DNA from: Camelus dromedarius | Lineage: Eukaryota | Assembly (NCBI RefSeq): GCF_036321535.1 | Contig: NC_087436.1 | Span: 31,498,001 to 31,562,000, forward strand | DNA length: 64,000 nucleotides | Direction of reading: 5' to 3' | Shown here: positions 13,231-25,035 of the stretch, in pieces | Layout: every line of letters begins with the position of its first letter | How positions within the stretch are numbered: the first letter of the stretch is position 1 | Made by a program: the position numbers and the translations under genes | The notes under the pieces: model-generated | Told to the model about the DNA's origin: nothing | Databases searched by the model: none | The model's input: only the letters and a program-made list of their open reading frames with translations

Positions 13231-15769
13231 TAACATTAAGTTTGAAGTTAATCTGTCTCTCTGTCCTCCTCAGAAAAAAAAATATTCTACTCACCATTAA
13301 AATGTTCTAAGTTCTATGAAGCCTGGCTTCTAGAGTTATTTGTGGTTGCTTCAACTCAGTGTTCCCAGAGATATTACCAGCTGAAATCATGTTTTAGGTT
13401 AATTTCTCAATGTAGAAACCACCTAGATAGTGTAAACTTGAGCACCAAATGAATGTAAAGGCCGGCTCACATTTGTAAATTCTCAGAGGAAAATTCTGCT
13501 ATCCTAACTCCCAGCTCAGGCTGCAGTAAGTTGCTTGGTTGGCTCTCTGTGCCAGTGAATAGATATTTTTCTAATTCACCCTTGACTTTATTCACTGGTG
13601 GTGCAACTCTTCAACAGTTTTTCATTTTATTTTCTATTTCATTTTCAACTCCCGGACTCATGAATCCACAGCATCATTTCCTGTCCCCACAGGGCCATTA
13701 AATTCCAATTCTTGATAACTGAGAGATGGAACCAACCCCATCTGCCAAGGCAGCTGCCACTTCAGCTTTCACTCTGGGGCTTTGTTTCCTCATCATTTAT
13801 CTCCCCTGGCATTTTTGAAATTCTCTTGCAAGCAACCAGATGAATAGTTGTTAAGTTCTATCTAGTATTTCTAGGTATTTAATAACTGAAGGCTATTCAG
13901 GTTATCTAATTCCTGCCATCCAGAAAATGAAGCCCTTTAAGTTGTTTTAATATAAGTCAATATTGGGTATTATGTTTACTATTCAATTCAATGATGGAGA
14001 AGATAATTTTACAATTACTAAAAATGAAACCAAATTTGTCATATATGATCAGTGAGCAATCTTTATATTAATATCACATCCAAAATGGTTTAGCTCTTCC
14101 TTAGATCTTTTTAAAGCTTTTTTCTGAGGCCAAAGATGAAAAACCTGGTTGCTTTCAAAGCTCTATTATTTATAAACTTATGTAATTTATTATGTATTTG
14201 GATGTATATGGATATAATTATGATTAACTAGTTTATTTAACTCATCTCATCTTACATTTTCTTGACTTTTATTGAAATACCATGTGTCATGACCTATAAG
14301 AATTCAAAAAGTCAGTTATTTTGCCAAGTTTTCCTACTATTCCCCCATAACTAGCCTATATCCCCAGTAAAACAAACTAGAGGGCATTTTCCATCCCAAT
14401 GTGAAATATTTCTCTGTCTCTGAACCTTTGCCTATGCTTTAAACCATCCAGATACTATAATTTCTCAGTTCTCAGGTCCAGCTCTCAAACCCTACCCATC
14501 TTCAAGGCCTCTTTATATGTCTGTCATCTTCATGAAAGCAATCTTTATTGCCCCAAATATGACCTCCAGTCTCTTTCTGCATAACTCTTGTGGTTTTACC
14601 ATATTCTATCTCGGTTTACTGCTTTTTGGGATTTTATGTTTTGTTTTAGCTTAGAAAATAAGCATCTCTATCGTTTTTACTCTTATAGTCCAATGAAACA
14701 CTTTGAAAATTAGTGGAAAGTCAATAAATACTCATTGAATTTCAAGATAAACAAAAGCTCCTTTACAATTCAAACCAGATGTTTTAAATAATTACAGTGT
14801 CACTATTTAGAATATAAACCTTGAAAGGGAAGATTTAAAACTGTTACATGTATAAAAGGTGTGACAACACATGGAATAAACCTCTCTGGATCCCTACAAA
14901 AAGGAAGGTTTTTAGACTAGATGACTCCTGAGGTTTCTCCTACCTCTAAAATGCTGATATTCTTCTCCAACATCAGATAGATGTTCATGACTATTTCAGT
15001 TGGGGGCCCAGTGTTTGCATTCTCAGTGAGACGATCACCTGACGAGGACCAGGAATGCAAGCTCCTCTATTGTCTTAGCTTAACACTGTGCCCGTTGAAA
15101 ATGAGAAATGGTTATAGGATCCAGCTTCTCTATTGCAGAGCAGGTAATGCAGGATGGATTTGAAGCTGAGAGGCAATAAACTGATAACTGGCACAATAGG
15201 GGGTATAAATTTCATTGCATACATATTATCTTCAATTTAGGAACAGATTTCCTAAAATTTAAAAGATGGAATGGTCATGTTATGATGTGAGAAGGTAAAT
15301 TTGGATTTAAAAATTTGTATAATTCTTTCAAACACCAAGGTACTAGTTAATAAACTACAATTTCAGTATATTAAATTGTAGTAAAGTAGCTCAGTGCATT
15401 ATAAGATTTTAACTTTTTCTATAATTTTGCAAATGAAGAATACATTTCACCTTTCCAAATCGATTCCAGTTTGATATCAAAGTCTATTTGTAATAAATAC
15501 CATAAGCTACTCATTGGGGGGAAAAAAGACAGACTTGTGACTTAAAATGAAACAGCATCTCGTGGTTGGTGTGTTATAATAAATCTTTGACTCTAATCTC
15601 TAGGAATTTGAATAAACAGATATAGTATGATAGCACTGAAACATCATGTTCCTCAATCAACCGGATGAAGGTCTGTTCTTCTCTATAATTTCCTTTGGTC
15701 TCATCATTTACTTGTTCAAAAATTTTTTTCTATGATATTTAATAAATATAAAAATCCCTTGTACAACTT

Positions 15770-15995
15770 AGGCAGTATGCCACAGTGGTTAAAAGCATGT
15801 CCTTTAAAACTAGACTGAGTAGGTTTGAATCTTGACTCATACTTTTGAGAGTTTGGGGAACTTGCTTAACCCCTCTCTTTCTCAGTTTTGTCATTTGTAA
15901 AATGGGGACAGACTACCTGCCTCATAGGGTTTTTGAATGTATTAAATGAACTAACACAAGTAAAGTGCTTAGGACATTGCCAAGAACACAATAAG
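15770..15995 (+). mobile_element. MIR SINE
   Basis: cagtggttaaaagc...ggtttgaatc...ctcagttttgtcatttgtaaaatgggg...aaagtgctta. Confidence 0.75.
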
Positions 15996-17349
15996 TGACA
16001 GAAGTTTGTTGTTTTCCCTACTACCTATATCCTTGAGAACAACTGTCAAGCACTCTTGATTGATTATGGTGACTGGTTAAGAAACAACTAATTTTCCTTG
16101 AAACTCTCTTATCACCACATCAGAGAACAGAGGGATAAATATAAAATGAATGCCTTCTCCCCTTAGAATTCCAGGACCATTTGACTATTCCTTCAGAATG
16201 GGATCAAATATATTGTTCGTACTTGTCCTAACACTTGTCATACTGTTTTATCCCTGTCACTCAAGGTTTCAATTATCAATATGAAACATAATTTGTATGT
16301 TTAAATTTACATATTTCCTCACCCCAAATCACCCAACTGATCCTCAGAAAAATCTGTTAAGCCCTAAGGATAAAAATTACTTAGACATCTGATTTTAAAG
16401 CTTGCTAAATTTCCTGTTTCAAGCCATGGATACCAATCCTAAAGAAGTTATTGACATAAAGTTACTTTAAAGAATAATCTGGTCCTGAGAATATGCTATT
16501 GAGCAGACAAGTGGTAGAACATTTTTTCCTGCCAGCCTTCATACATTCGTGTATCTAGTAGTTCAATTCATAATCATTTAATAAAGTGAACATTTGCAGT
16601 CTTAAATATTAAGAAAGAAACAGGTTATTAAATGTTAAAACCCTACTTGCATTTAGCCATGTTTAAAAAAATAATCCCAGGAATATTGTAATGAGTGTAG
16701 GTTTAGGCGCAAGCATTGTGCAAGTTAATGTAAGTAAAGAACCTTTCATGTGAAATGATGTAGTGTCACAACTCATTTGCGTCCCACTTAAAGTGTAATT
16801 AAGTTTCTCTGACAGCATGGCTTATGGCTGAAAGAACAGACCTGGCTGCTAAATTAATCCAGAGTCCCTCAGTTAATAACACTCAGCAAAGAAAACTTTA
16901 CACACTCTTTCATTTAAAGTTCCCAAACTCCCATTCACAGAAGTGTATGACAATGCAGCCCTACAGAGAAACCTTGGTATGAAACTGATGGCCTTTTGCC
17001 AGACAGATTTAATCATCAAAACACCTGAAAACCAGACTTTGATGAATCAGGATGTGAGAATACACTATTTTCACTCCAGCTATTTTGGTCTGAAGGGGGT
17101 GGTTTCACATTTAAATTTCATTGCACCATATATTTAAACTGTAGTATGTTCTCAAAGTTAAATATGAAATGTTGGGAATTTTTAGATTTATAACAGAACT
17201 GGGGCTTACCATAGTAAGTGCTCAGAAATAATGGAATTTGGTTTTTTCATTCATTCTTTCAGGACCTGAGTACTTCATATAAGTGAAGATGCTGTTCATT
17301 AAATTTTTTGTTTGTTTGTTTGCTATTGTCATTGTTTGTTTTAAGAAAA

Positions 17350-17870
17350 GATATGATATATACGTATACATCAGAATACTATTCAGCCATAAAAAAGAAT
17401 AAAATAATGTCATTTGCAGCAACATGGATGGACCTGGATCATCTTACTAGGTCAGACAGAAAAAGACAAATACTCATACAACGTCACATATATGTGGAAT
17501 CTTAAAAAAAAAAAAAAGACTCAAATCAAATTATTTACAAAAAAGAAACAGACTCACAGACATAGAAATCAAACTTGTGGTTACCCGGGGGAAAAGGCTG
17601 AGGAGGGAGTGGAGAGATAAACTGAGACTTCAAGATTTGCAGATACTAACTACTATATACAAAATAGATAAATAGGAAGGTCCTACTGTATAGCACAGGG
17701 AACTATATTCAATACCTTATAATAGCCTATAATAAAAAAGAATACATATAATATGTATAACTGAATCATTATGCTGTATACCAGCAATACCACAACACTG
17801 TAAACTCACTATACTCAAATTTAAAAAAAATGAAAAAAAAATAAAATAAAAATAAAAGCAAAATAGAATA
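17350..17870 (+). mobile_element. L1 3' end
   Basis: gaatactattcagccataaaaaag...tactgtatagcacagggaactatattcaata...A tail. Confidence 0.85.
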
Positions 17871-17948
17871 CTCACTTTCTGCAATCCCTAGAACTGATTA
17901 TGATGTTGCCACAAGATTAGAACTACACTGTTACTTAGAACAAGTTTT

Positions 17949-18077
17949 GGGGAGTGGGGGGTATAGCTCAGTGGTAGAATACATACTTAGCATGCACAAT
18001 TCAATGGGTTCAATTTCCAGTACCTCCATTTAAAAATTAATTAATTAATTAAATAAAAATAAAAAACAAAGCATAAG
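17949..18077 (+). mobile_element. tRNA-derived camelid SINE (Vic-1-like)
   Basis: A box tagctcagtggtag, B box ggttcaatt, A-rich tail, TSD tagaacaagtttt at 17936-17948 and 18078-18090. Confidence 0.85.
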
Positions 18078-18886
18078 TAGAACAAGTTTTAACTAAATAA
18101 GGATTTAACTTATAAATAATCTAAACTGTTTTCAGAGAGGCAAACGAGAGGACAGGTAAATTTCCCAGGATCAGATTCCACTTCACCCCAGGGCAACATA
18201 AGATACTCTGGCCAACAGTTATGTGTGGCAACTGCTTGGTGCTACTACCTTGTTCTTCTTTCCCCTGCCACCTCAATTCAAAGGCTGATGTGGCAAAGAA
18301 GCAGTCTACCTTCAAGTTGAAGGTCTCAAAATCGACTCTTGTTGCCACCGTAAGTTAACTGGTTCCTCAGAGAGTCAGTGAAATGTTGGTAACTGGAGAA
18401 AGAACACTAGGTATACCCTTAACATATAAAAACATTCCTGAATCCAGGAAGTGCCCAATAATTTAATAATGTAATGCCTAATACACTTACCCTAGTCCCC
18501 TAAACCAATACTGTTCAGAGTATTTTGGGCTAAGTTAGCGTTTATTCTGACAGATGACCTACATGCCATTTCTACCAAGAAAATTGTTTTATTTAGAAAT
18601 TAAATAATCAAGTGTAACATTGAGTAGAAGCTATAATGGCCACCTCCGTGTATTTACAAAGCAGCGAAATGTCCTTAGGGCAAAATTTGCAGCAGTTCAT
18701 TTTTCTACTTCAGGTCTCAGCACTATACTGAGTATCACTGGTATTTCAACAGAAACATGCTCTTCCTTGATTTTCCAAAGATCTAGTCCAGGGAACAGAA
18801 ACTTGCCAGGAAGGATAAGTTGATGGGAAAGAAGTACCCTATCAATGTTTTTCTCTAAACATTTATTTTAAAAAATCATTATGTAG

Positions 18887-19029
18887 GCCACCTCTCTTGC
18901 CTTCTTAGATGGTCCACATTCTGACTATGGACTGTGTATATCCTAAGGCCGCTTGTTTTGCCTTCAGAGACCACCCGCATTCTGTGGATGGAATGTGTAT
19001 CTCCCTGAATAAATTTACTTTCACTTAAA
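18887..19029 (+). mobile_element. L1-retroposed, polyadenylated ERV1-type LTR 3' fragment
   Basis: TSD aaaaatcatt(a/g)tgtag at 18871-18886 and 19030-19045 at a TT/AAAA site. AATAAA at 19008-19013 followed by an A tail. Internal diverged repeat of about 60 bp. Confidence 0.65.
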
Positions 19030-19083
19030 AAAAATCATTGTGTAGTAAAAGATAAAGTGTAGAAGTCATGTTCAATTAAATGA

Positions 19084-19089
19084 TTTATT
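19084..19089 (-). terminator. Candidate poly(A) signal AATAAA of the C4orf33-like gene
   Basis: Minus-strand AATAAA about 100 nt after the stop codon. Confidence 0.4.
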
Positions 19090-19140
19090 TCTGGCATGTT
19101 GTTGGAACATTTACAGTGGTAGCAGACAATGATTTTACTT

Positions 19141-19173
19141 CAGCTGTCCAAATGAGGCCAAAAGGTGGCGGTA
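19141..19173 (+). promoter_or_regulatory. CTCF-like site (upstream motif plus core)
   Basis: cagctgtcc-N6-GGCCAAAAGGTGGCGGTA resembles the CTCF core CCASYAGRKGGCRS with the upstream motif. Confidence 0.5.
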
Positions 19174-19189
19174 TATGGAGTGCCTTTCC

Positions 19190-19325
19190 TTATGAGTTAT
19201 AGCCCATGTTGTCAGAATGTAAAGGATCGCAGCAAAGCTCTTTCCACAGCTCTGAGTCTGGCTGCTCCCAGTCGTCTCCGATAATCCACTTCAGGTTGAA
19301 AGGTTTAAAATACTCAAAGCGATGG
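19190..19325 (-). CDS. C4orf33-like terminal exon E: (F)HRFEYFKPFNLKWIIGDDWEQPDSELWKELCCDPLHSDNMGYNS*
   Basis: Acceptor ttttttcctatgtgacctgaag|C, TAA at 19192-19190. Matches C4orf33 FH.LEYFK.FN....G.EW.QP.S.LW. Confidence 0.88.
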
Positions 19326-20663
19326 CTTCAGGTCACATAGGAAAAAAAAAATTCAAATTTTAAGTATTCAGTACACAGCCACACTTTATTTGTTCATTAA
19401 ATACAAAGAAAATTAAAAAGAAAAACATATATGTTATTTAATTACTTTAAAAATTGTTCATTAATCTGCTATATTATTTTTAAATGATATAATATATATC
19501 AAATCTTTTTATATGCATGTATTTTTCTTATGCATACATATGCAGACCTTGCCACAATATTCATTGAGAAGTGAGAAATCATTCTTTCTATGCTAATAAT
19601 TATATATACACATATATTTTTTTCTTAATTCAAATCTCACCTAAAAAAGTTTATATGAGCAGTTTATTGAGTTCACATTTTAAGGCATATCCAGATAGTC
19701 TGAATCTAAGGTTCATCATGCAATAATAAAGGTATCCTCTCGTGTCTTACTGGTGGTTTCTGTGAGTCCCTGACTACTACAAACACAGTCACTCAAGTCA
19801 CAAGAAGTACTGTATGCTAATTAAATACTTTCATTCATATAACTCTCCTATAAAATGAGCTTTACCTATGGATTTTCAAAGTACATAAGCTTTTTTACAG
19901 AAATCATGCAGTCCTGTACCGTGCTTAGTACAGCCTGAAGGAAGTTGATTCAGGTTGACTGTTATGTAGATTCATTTTCAATTAGATGGGAGTTGATCGA
20001 AATGACAGAGTTGTTAAAGTATAAAAAAATAGGTCAAACAAAAATGTTGAAAATGATTCATCTGTGCTATACATAAAGAATATCAAAAACTGTACATATA
20101 GTACACTTACTTAAATATTTATAATTTTATATGTATGTGTAGTTTTTAAATTTTAGGTACTGTGAAAAAATGATGAATGCTTAAAGTATCTCTTCCCTCA
20201 AAATGTGTAGCATCTGAAATGAGTGGGTACCAAACCAAAAATCTCAAACATTTATAAAATATAATACATAGGGAATACTTGCAAAAAGTAAACCATATTT
20301 GGACTTTGAGTTGGAGTTATGTAGGGCTGAGAAAATAATGTAACTATACAAAACAGGTTACTTGGTAGATTTAATTCTACATTTTAGAAAGCTTAAATAA
20401 TTTACAATTGTTCCCTGGTATTTTCAGTTCCAATTAGCTCATACAATATAAATCAGAAAATGTTTTAAAATAAATTTGGTTAATATATCACTTATTTGTG
20501 AATAGGCTACTTATTCTTATTACCAGAAATACAATGAAGATCTTTCTGGGATATTAAAAAAAACTTAAGGAGTTGTTGTCAAAGCTCTTATCTGCCCCCT
20601 CTCACAACTCATTGTAGGTAAAAGTTGAAAGTAAATACATAATCAAATTATTTGCATACTTAC

Positions 20664-20863
20664 AAGTTAGGCCCTTGTCCATCCTCAATCTCTTCATGTG
20701 GTGTTGAATAAAAGGCTTCATAAATTCTTCCAATCCCCAATCCATGAATTGCATATAAATTCATTTTATCAATACCAGGTGGAAAATATTCCCAAGGAAG
20801 AAATTTAATCCCATTCCATTGCTTGCAGGTAATGTTGACTTTCAATTGTAAACTCAGCTCTTT
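20664..20863 (-). CDS. C4orf33-like exon D (200 nt): KELSLQLKVNITCKQWNGIKFLPWEYFPPGIDKMNLYAIHGLGIGRIYEAFYSTPHEEIEDGQGPN
   Basis: Acceptor cctaactatgaaag|AAA, donor AACTT|gtaagt. 66 codons plus 2 nt, open, with LPW.YFPP, AIHG and YEA motifs. Confidence 0.9.
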
Positions 20864-23800
20864 CTTTCATAGTTAGGAGGAAATCATCAAAAGAGCATAA
20901 TTTTCGAGAGGCAGATTTAATGGGTTAAATAAATAGAACCAAAGTTTAAATTAAGCAAAAATGATATGATTGCTTTGTAAGGCAAGCTCGTCAGTCATAG
21001 TTCCTAAGTTGAAGACCCATTAGTAACACCACTGAGTATTCACCCCATTCATAGTTTTACTATTTATAAAAAGTTGAAAGTATTTATGGTCTGCTATAAA
21101 ACATATAAAATGTTAGATTCAATTTATGCAAACAGCTAATTTTTATAAGGACATAATTATACTGCTGACCTAGGCACTGGTTCTTTATGCTTAGAGCTCT
21201 AAGGAAAAGCAAGTGAAACTGCTTTGTTTGCTCATTAGCTCTAACTTTATTGTAGTTGTTAATATTTATGCTAGACCCCTGGAAGGCAAACCTAGACTCT
21301 GGAGACCTGTTAAGCAGCCACCTTAGCTCAAGGAACCTGACCTGAATCACAGAGACAGTCTAATGGAACTTAGAAGCCCCTACCTGCTTGAGTTAGTCAC
21401 TTCGTTCTTTCTCACGATTTTAGAAGTTAATCATATTTATTATATTTGTCAGAGTCACTCATTCATCAACAACTATTTTACAATTTAATCAGTTTTGCAA
21501 TTTTTTAGAAACTTTTTTTTGCTGACATCAATTTTTACCTTTTTAAACTGTTCATCTTTTTATAAATGCTTATTAATAAAATCTTTTAACAGGGACAAGT
21601 CATAAAAGGGATAGATTTTAGAAACCATCCATGTTCCAAATAGAGAATATTGGATTTCTTTTTATTTAGATTATCTCCCTGAAGACTTCATTCCCCTGTT
21701 CCCAAACAGATCCTGTCAACCCTAATGAAGAATCTAATATTAAGCGAAGTCAGCCAGAATCACTGACAATCCCATTCTAAAAATTACCCATTTGGAAAAC
21801 AGTGATGGTCAAGAGCCAAATTACCTTCCCTGCTCTTCCAACTGCACTCCCTCAGAGATCAAGACAACTTAATTTAAAAAACTGTTCAGGGAACTGCTGT
21901 AACAATGTTCACTGGACAACTGACAACTTCTATGAAGCGACTCATAAACTAAAATCTATGGCATCTGATAAACACAATCCACTGACTACAGTCATTTCCC
22001 CTAACAGTCTACTCTGCATCTAGAGAAGAAAGTACATGAGGCATTTTATCCAGGGACGCTCTGGAACTAGTGGTATTGTCAACTCCATACAGCTAGCAAT
22101 AGTTGTCTGCATTTTAGGATTTTTTTAAAAAGAACTTTTAAAATAAAGGATCTATTGTCAAATAATTGGAACCCAATACACTATCCTGCTGCCAGGACAA
22201 ACTTGAGTAACGTGCTTGACCTCCTTTCAGAACAGACATTCCCAAAAGCTCTTCATTATGGCTATAATTTCCTGATTCACTTTAAGGTGATAAATGTATC
22301 ATAGGAACCAAGCATTGTTTGAGATGCCATTTTTCCAAAAACCATTTTCAAAAAAAGATATTTTTATAAGATCTGAGCCCAATGAGCTCCAACAGATGTT
22401 AGGATCTAAATAGAACATTCTTATACCTCTCTTCTTTCCACTTGCTTCTGTATCAAGAAACTTAAATTAATTCCTGACTTTATCAAGCACTGGATTGTCA
22501 TTCAAGGAGTGTTTACTAAGGGCTTGCCCTGTGGCAGACACTTTTCAAGGAACTGGGCACACGGTGTCCACAAAACAAAGTCCTTGCCTTCACAGAGCTG
22601 ATATTCTAGCTACATTCATAGAACAGACTCTTGAGTATGAACAGACACCTGAAGCAAGCATCTTAAATTCCTTTACCAATTTACCAGGAGGACAGGATAA
22701 CATTTTTGATTTGCTGAAAGCGCTGCAGAAAAACTGATTAACGTTTAGAACTCAGACTACAGCAGCAAGCCATTCTCCAGCTAAATAACCTTTATAGTTA
22801 TCGTCTGCTATTCCCTTCTGCTTGAGAATACAATTCTAAGAGGTCAAACATGAGGTCTACCCTGTACACCAGCATAGTCCCATTGTCTAGCCCACTTAAC
22901 GTTTGTTGAATGATTAATGAGTATTAGGCCAACTAATGAATGAATAAATGAGTATACAGAAGTAGCTATTCACAGGGAACTCTATAACTGTGGTTGATTT
23001 AACACCTTTAATTTTTCACACTATCATCCCTCTTCCTTCCCAAAGTGAATCTGTCAAGTGTCCTATTACATTAGGCAGCAGGCAAGTTCCTAAGAAAAAT
23101 TGTAAATGCACTTGTCACACATTGAGGTAGCTATTTCTGGGCTATTCGCACCCCCCTCCATCCTTTCCACCACCTCCCAATATTTGGATACACTGTGGCT
23201 AAATTCTTTAAATTTTGCCCTGAGTGGTGAAGCAAAAGATATAGTAGCTGCAGGAGGGCACCAGTATGAAATTTACATATTATCACAAGGGAGAGCTCCC
23301 TTGTTTCCCCAAACCCCAGCATTGCGTTAGCCTGGGGCCTACCCTCTCAAACCCTACTCCAATTTCTCCTACTAAATTGCTCATGGTTGGATTTTTTTTC
23401 ATTGGAAAAATTTAAACCTGGTTCAGGAGCCACATTAAAATCTGGTCCTCAAAATACTGCAGACCAATCTTATCCAGTTTTATGGCATCTAATTACACAC
23501 TTTCAAACAAGTGCTTATTTAAGCCTTTGAGTAGAACCAGAGTTGCTTTTTTGAGAAAAGCTTTGGCTCCAATGGAGGCATTCCTGCACAGCTTCTTTTT
23601 AAGTAGGGTGAGTTTTCATTCCAGCAAGAAAATAAGAAGCTCTTCAATGTTCCCCTGAAATACCATGTTGGCCATCAATTTTGTCTCATTAAGATTACAA
23701 CAGTCTTCTATCAGTCAGCAGCACAGAACAGAAGCCATCATCATAGTGTGCTTGCTGTTGCTACCCACTGAATTTTCTGCCATGTAGTTCTTATTACAAA

Positions 23801-24909
23801 CCTAGCTAAGATCACACATTCAAAAGGAACTGATTAAGGTGGTCATTTCAGAAAATTTGTGTGGTTATAAATTTACGCAGATTGCTTACAAAAAAGATAA
23901 ATTCCTAGGATCCATTCAAGATCTCCTAAATCTGAATATTAAGGGAAGATCCAATGCCTAGAACAATGCTGTAGACATAGTAGGTACATACTAAATATCA
24001 GTTAAAAGAGTAAATGTATGTGTTTTTAAGTCCCACACTGCAGTGTTTCATTTCCTGAAGACAGACAGTTCATTCTGTGGGACAAAATCATCAGGATTTT
24101 CCCCACCTGAACTCTTGGCTAGTTACCCCTGGAATGTGAGCTCCTTCAAGGAAGGAGCTTTGATTGTCTTGTTCACACACGTAGCCGTAGCCACATGAAC
24201 AACAACCTGTATGTGATAAATGCTTGCAGAATATTTGTTGCATAAATGAATCGGCCTGTGAATCCCCATATTTATTAAGCCGCATACGTAATCCCAAGAG
24301 TGTTCAATAAGATTAGAACTTATAATATTAAATACAGGTAAAACCGAGCCAGAAAAGTTGAAAGTTGACATTGGTGACTTCGATGCATTTTAATAGCCAT
24401 TTTCTTTCTTTAAACAGTAATATTTACAATTTGGGAAGGGTTGTAATGGTTCTCATTTAGAGATTAAATTCTTCTTATTTAAACCTGTACAATAATGTGC
24501 TGTAAAATTGTATACCTACAGCTAAAAGTGTGAAATGTATTACTATATTAACATTGTGCCAGATTTTGCAGGTGGCATGAGGATATCAATGAACTTCTAA
24601 CCCAAAGAACCACTCTAGAAGGAAAGGTACAGTTTTTAACATGGAAGAGAAGTTTTTTCTTCTTTTCAGAGATAAGAAGGTTTCCTTATTTTGCAGACTT
24701 CTAGTGTAGTAGAATGGCTTGGTGATATTTGCTGTTCCGTTTTGCTTTGCTTTTTATTTTTGTATTCCAAAATAGAAGCAGAGATATTTAAAGTAGATAT
24801 TAAGAAAATATATACCAAAAAAAATTCAGAGAAAACTTGGTTTGTAAGAAATCCAATCAGCATTAACTAAATTAACAAAACATTTTGAAAAAGTGAATAC
24901 ATGTCATTG

Positions 24910-25035
24910 GAGTGAAAGCTCCAAGACAGCAGAGACAGCACATTATTTGACTTTGTATCCTCTGCCACTAACACAGTCAGGTCCATAAAAGATACTCAAT
25001 GAAAGTCTGATAAATGAATGAATGAATGAATGAAT
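24910..25035 (+). mobile_element. L2 3' end with (TGAA)n tail
   Basis: gtgaaagctccaagacagcagaga...ctcaatgaaag...tgaatgaatgaatgaa. Confidence 0.65.

Noticed and set aside
17949..18030. tRNA-like sequence (also at 63538)
   Set aside because: An A-rich tail and TSDs show these are SINE heads, not tRNA genes.
20864..20885. U12-like branch point ttcctcctaac close to the exon D acceptor
   Set aside because: The paired donor is gtgagt (U2 type), not GTATCCTT.
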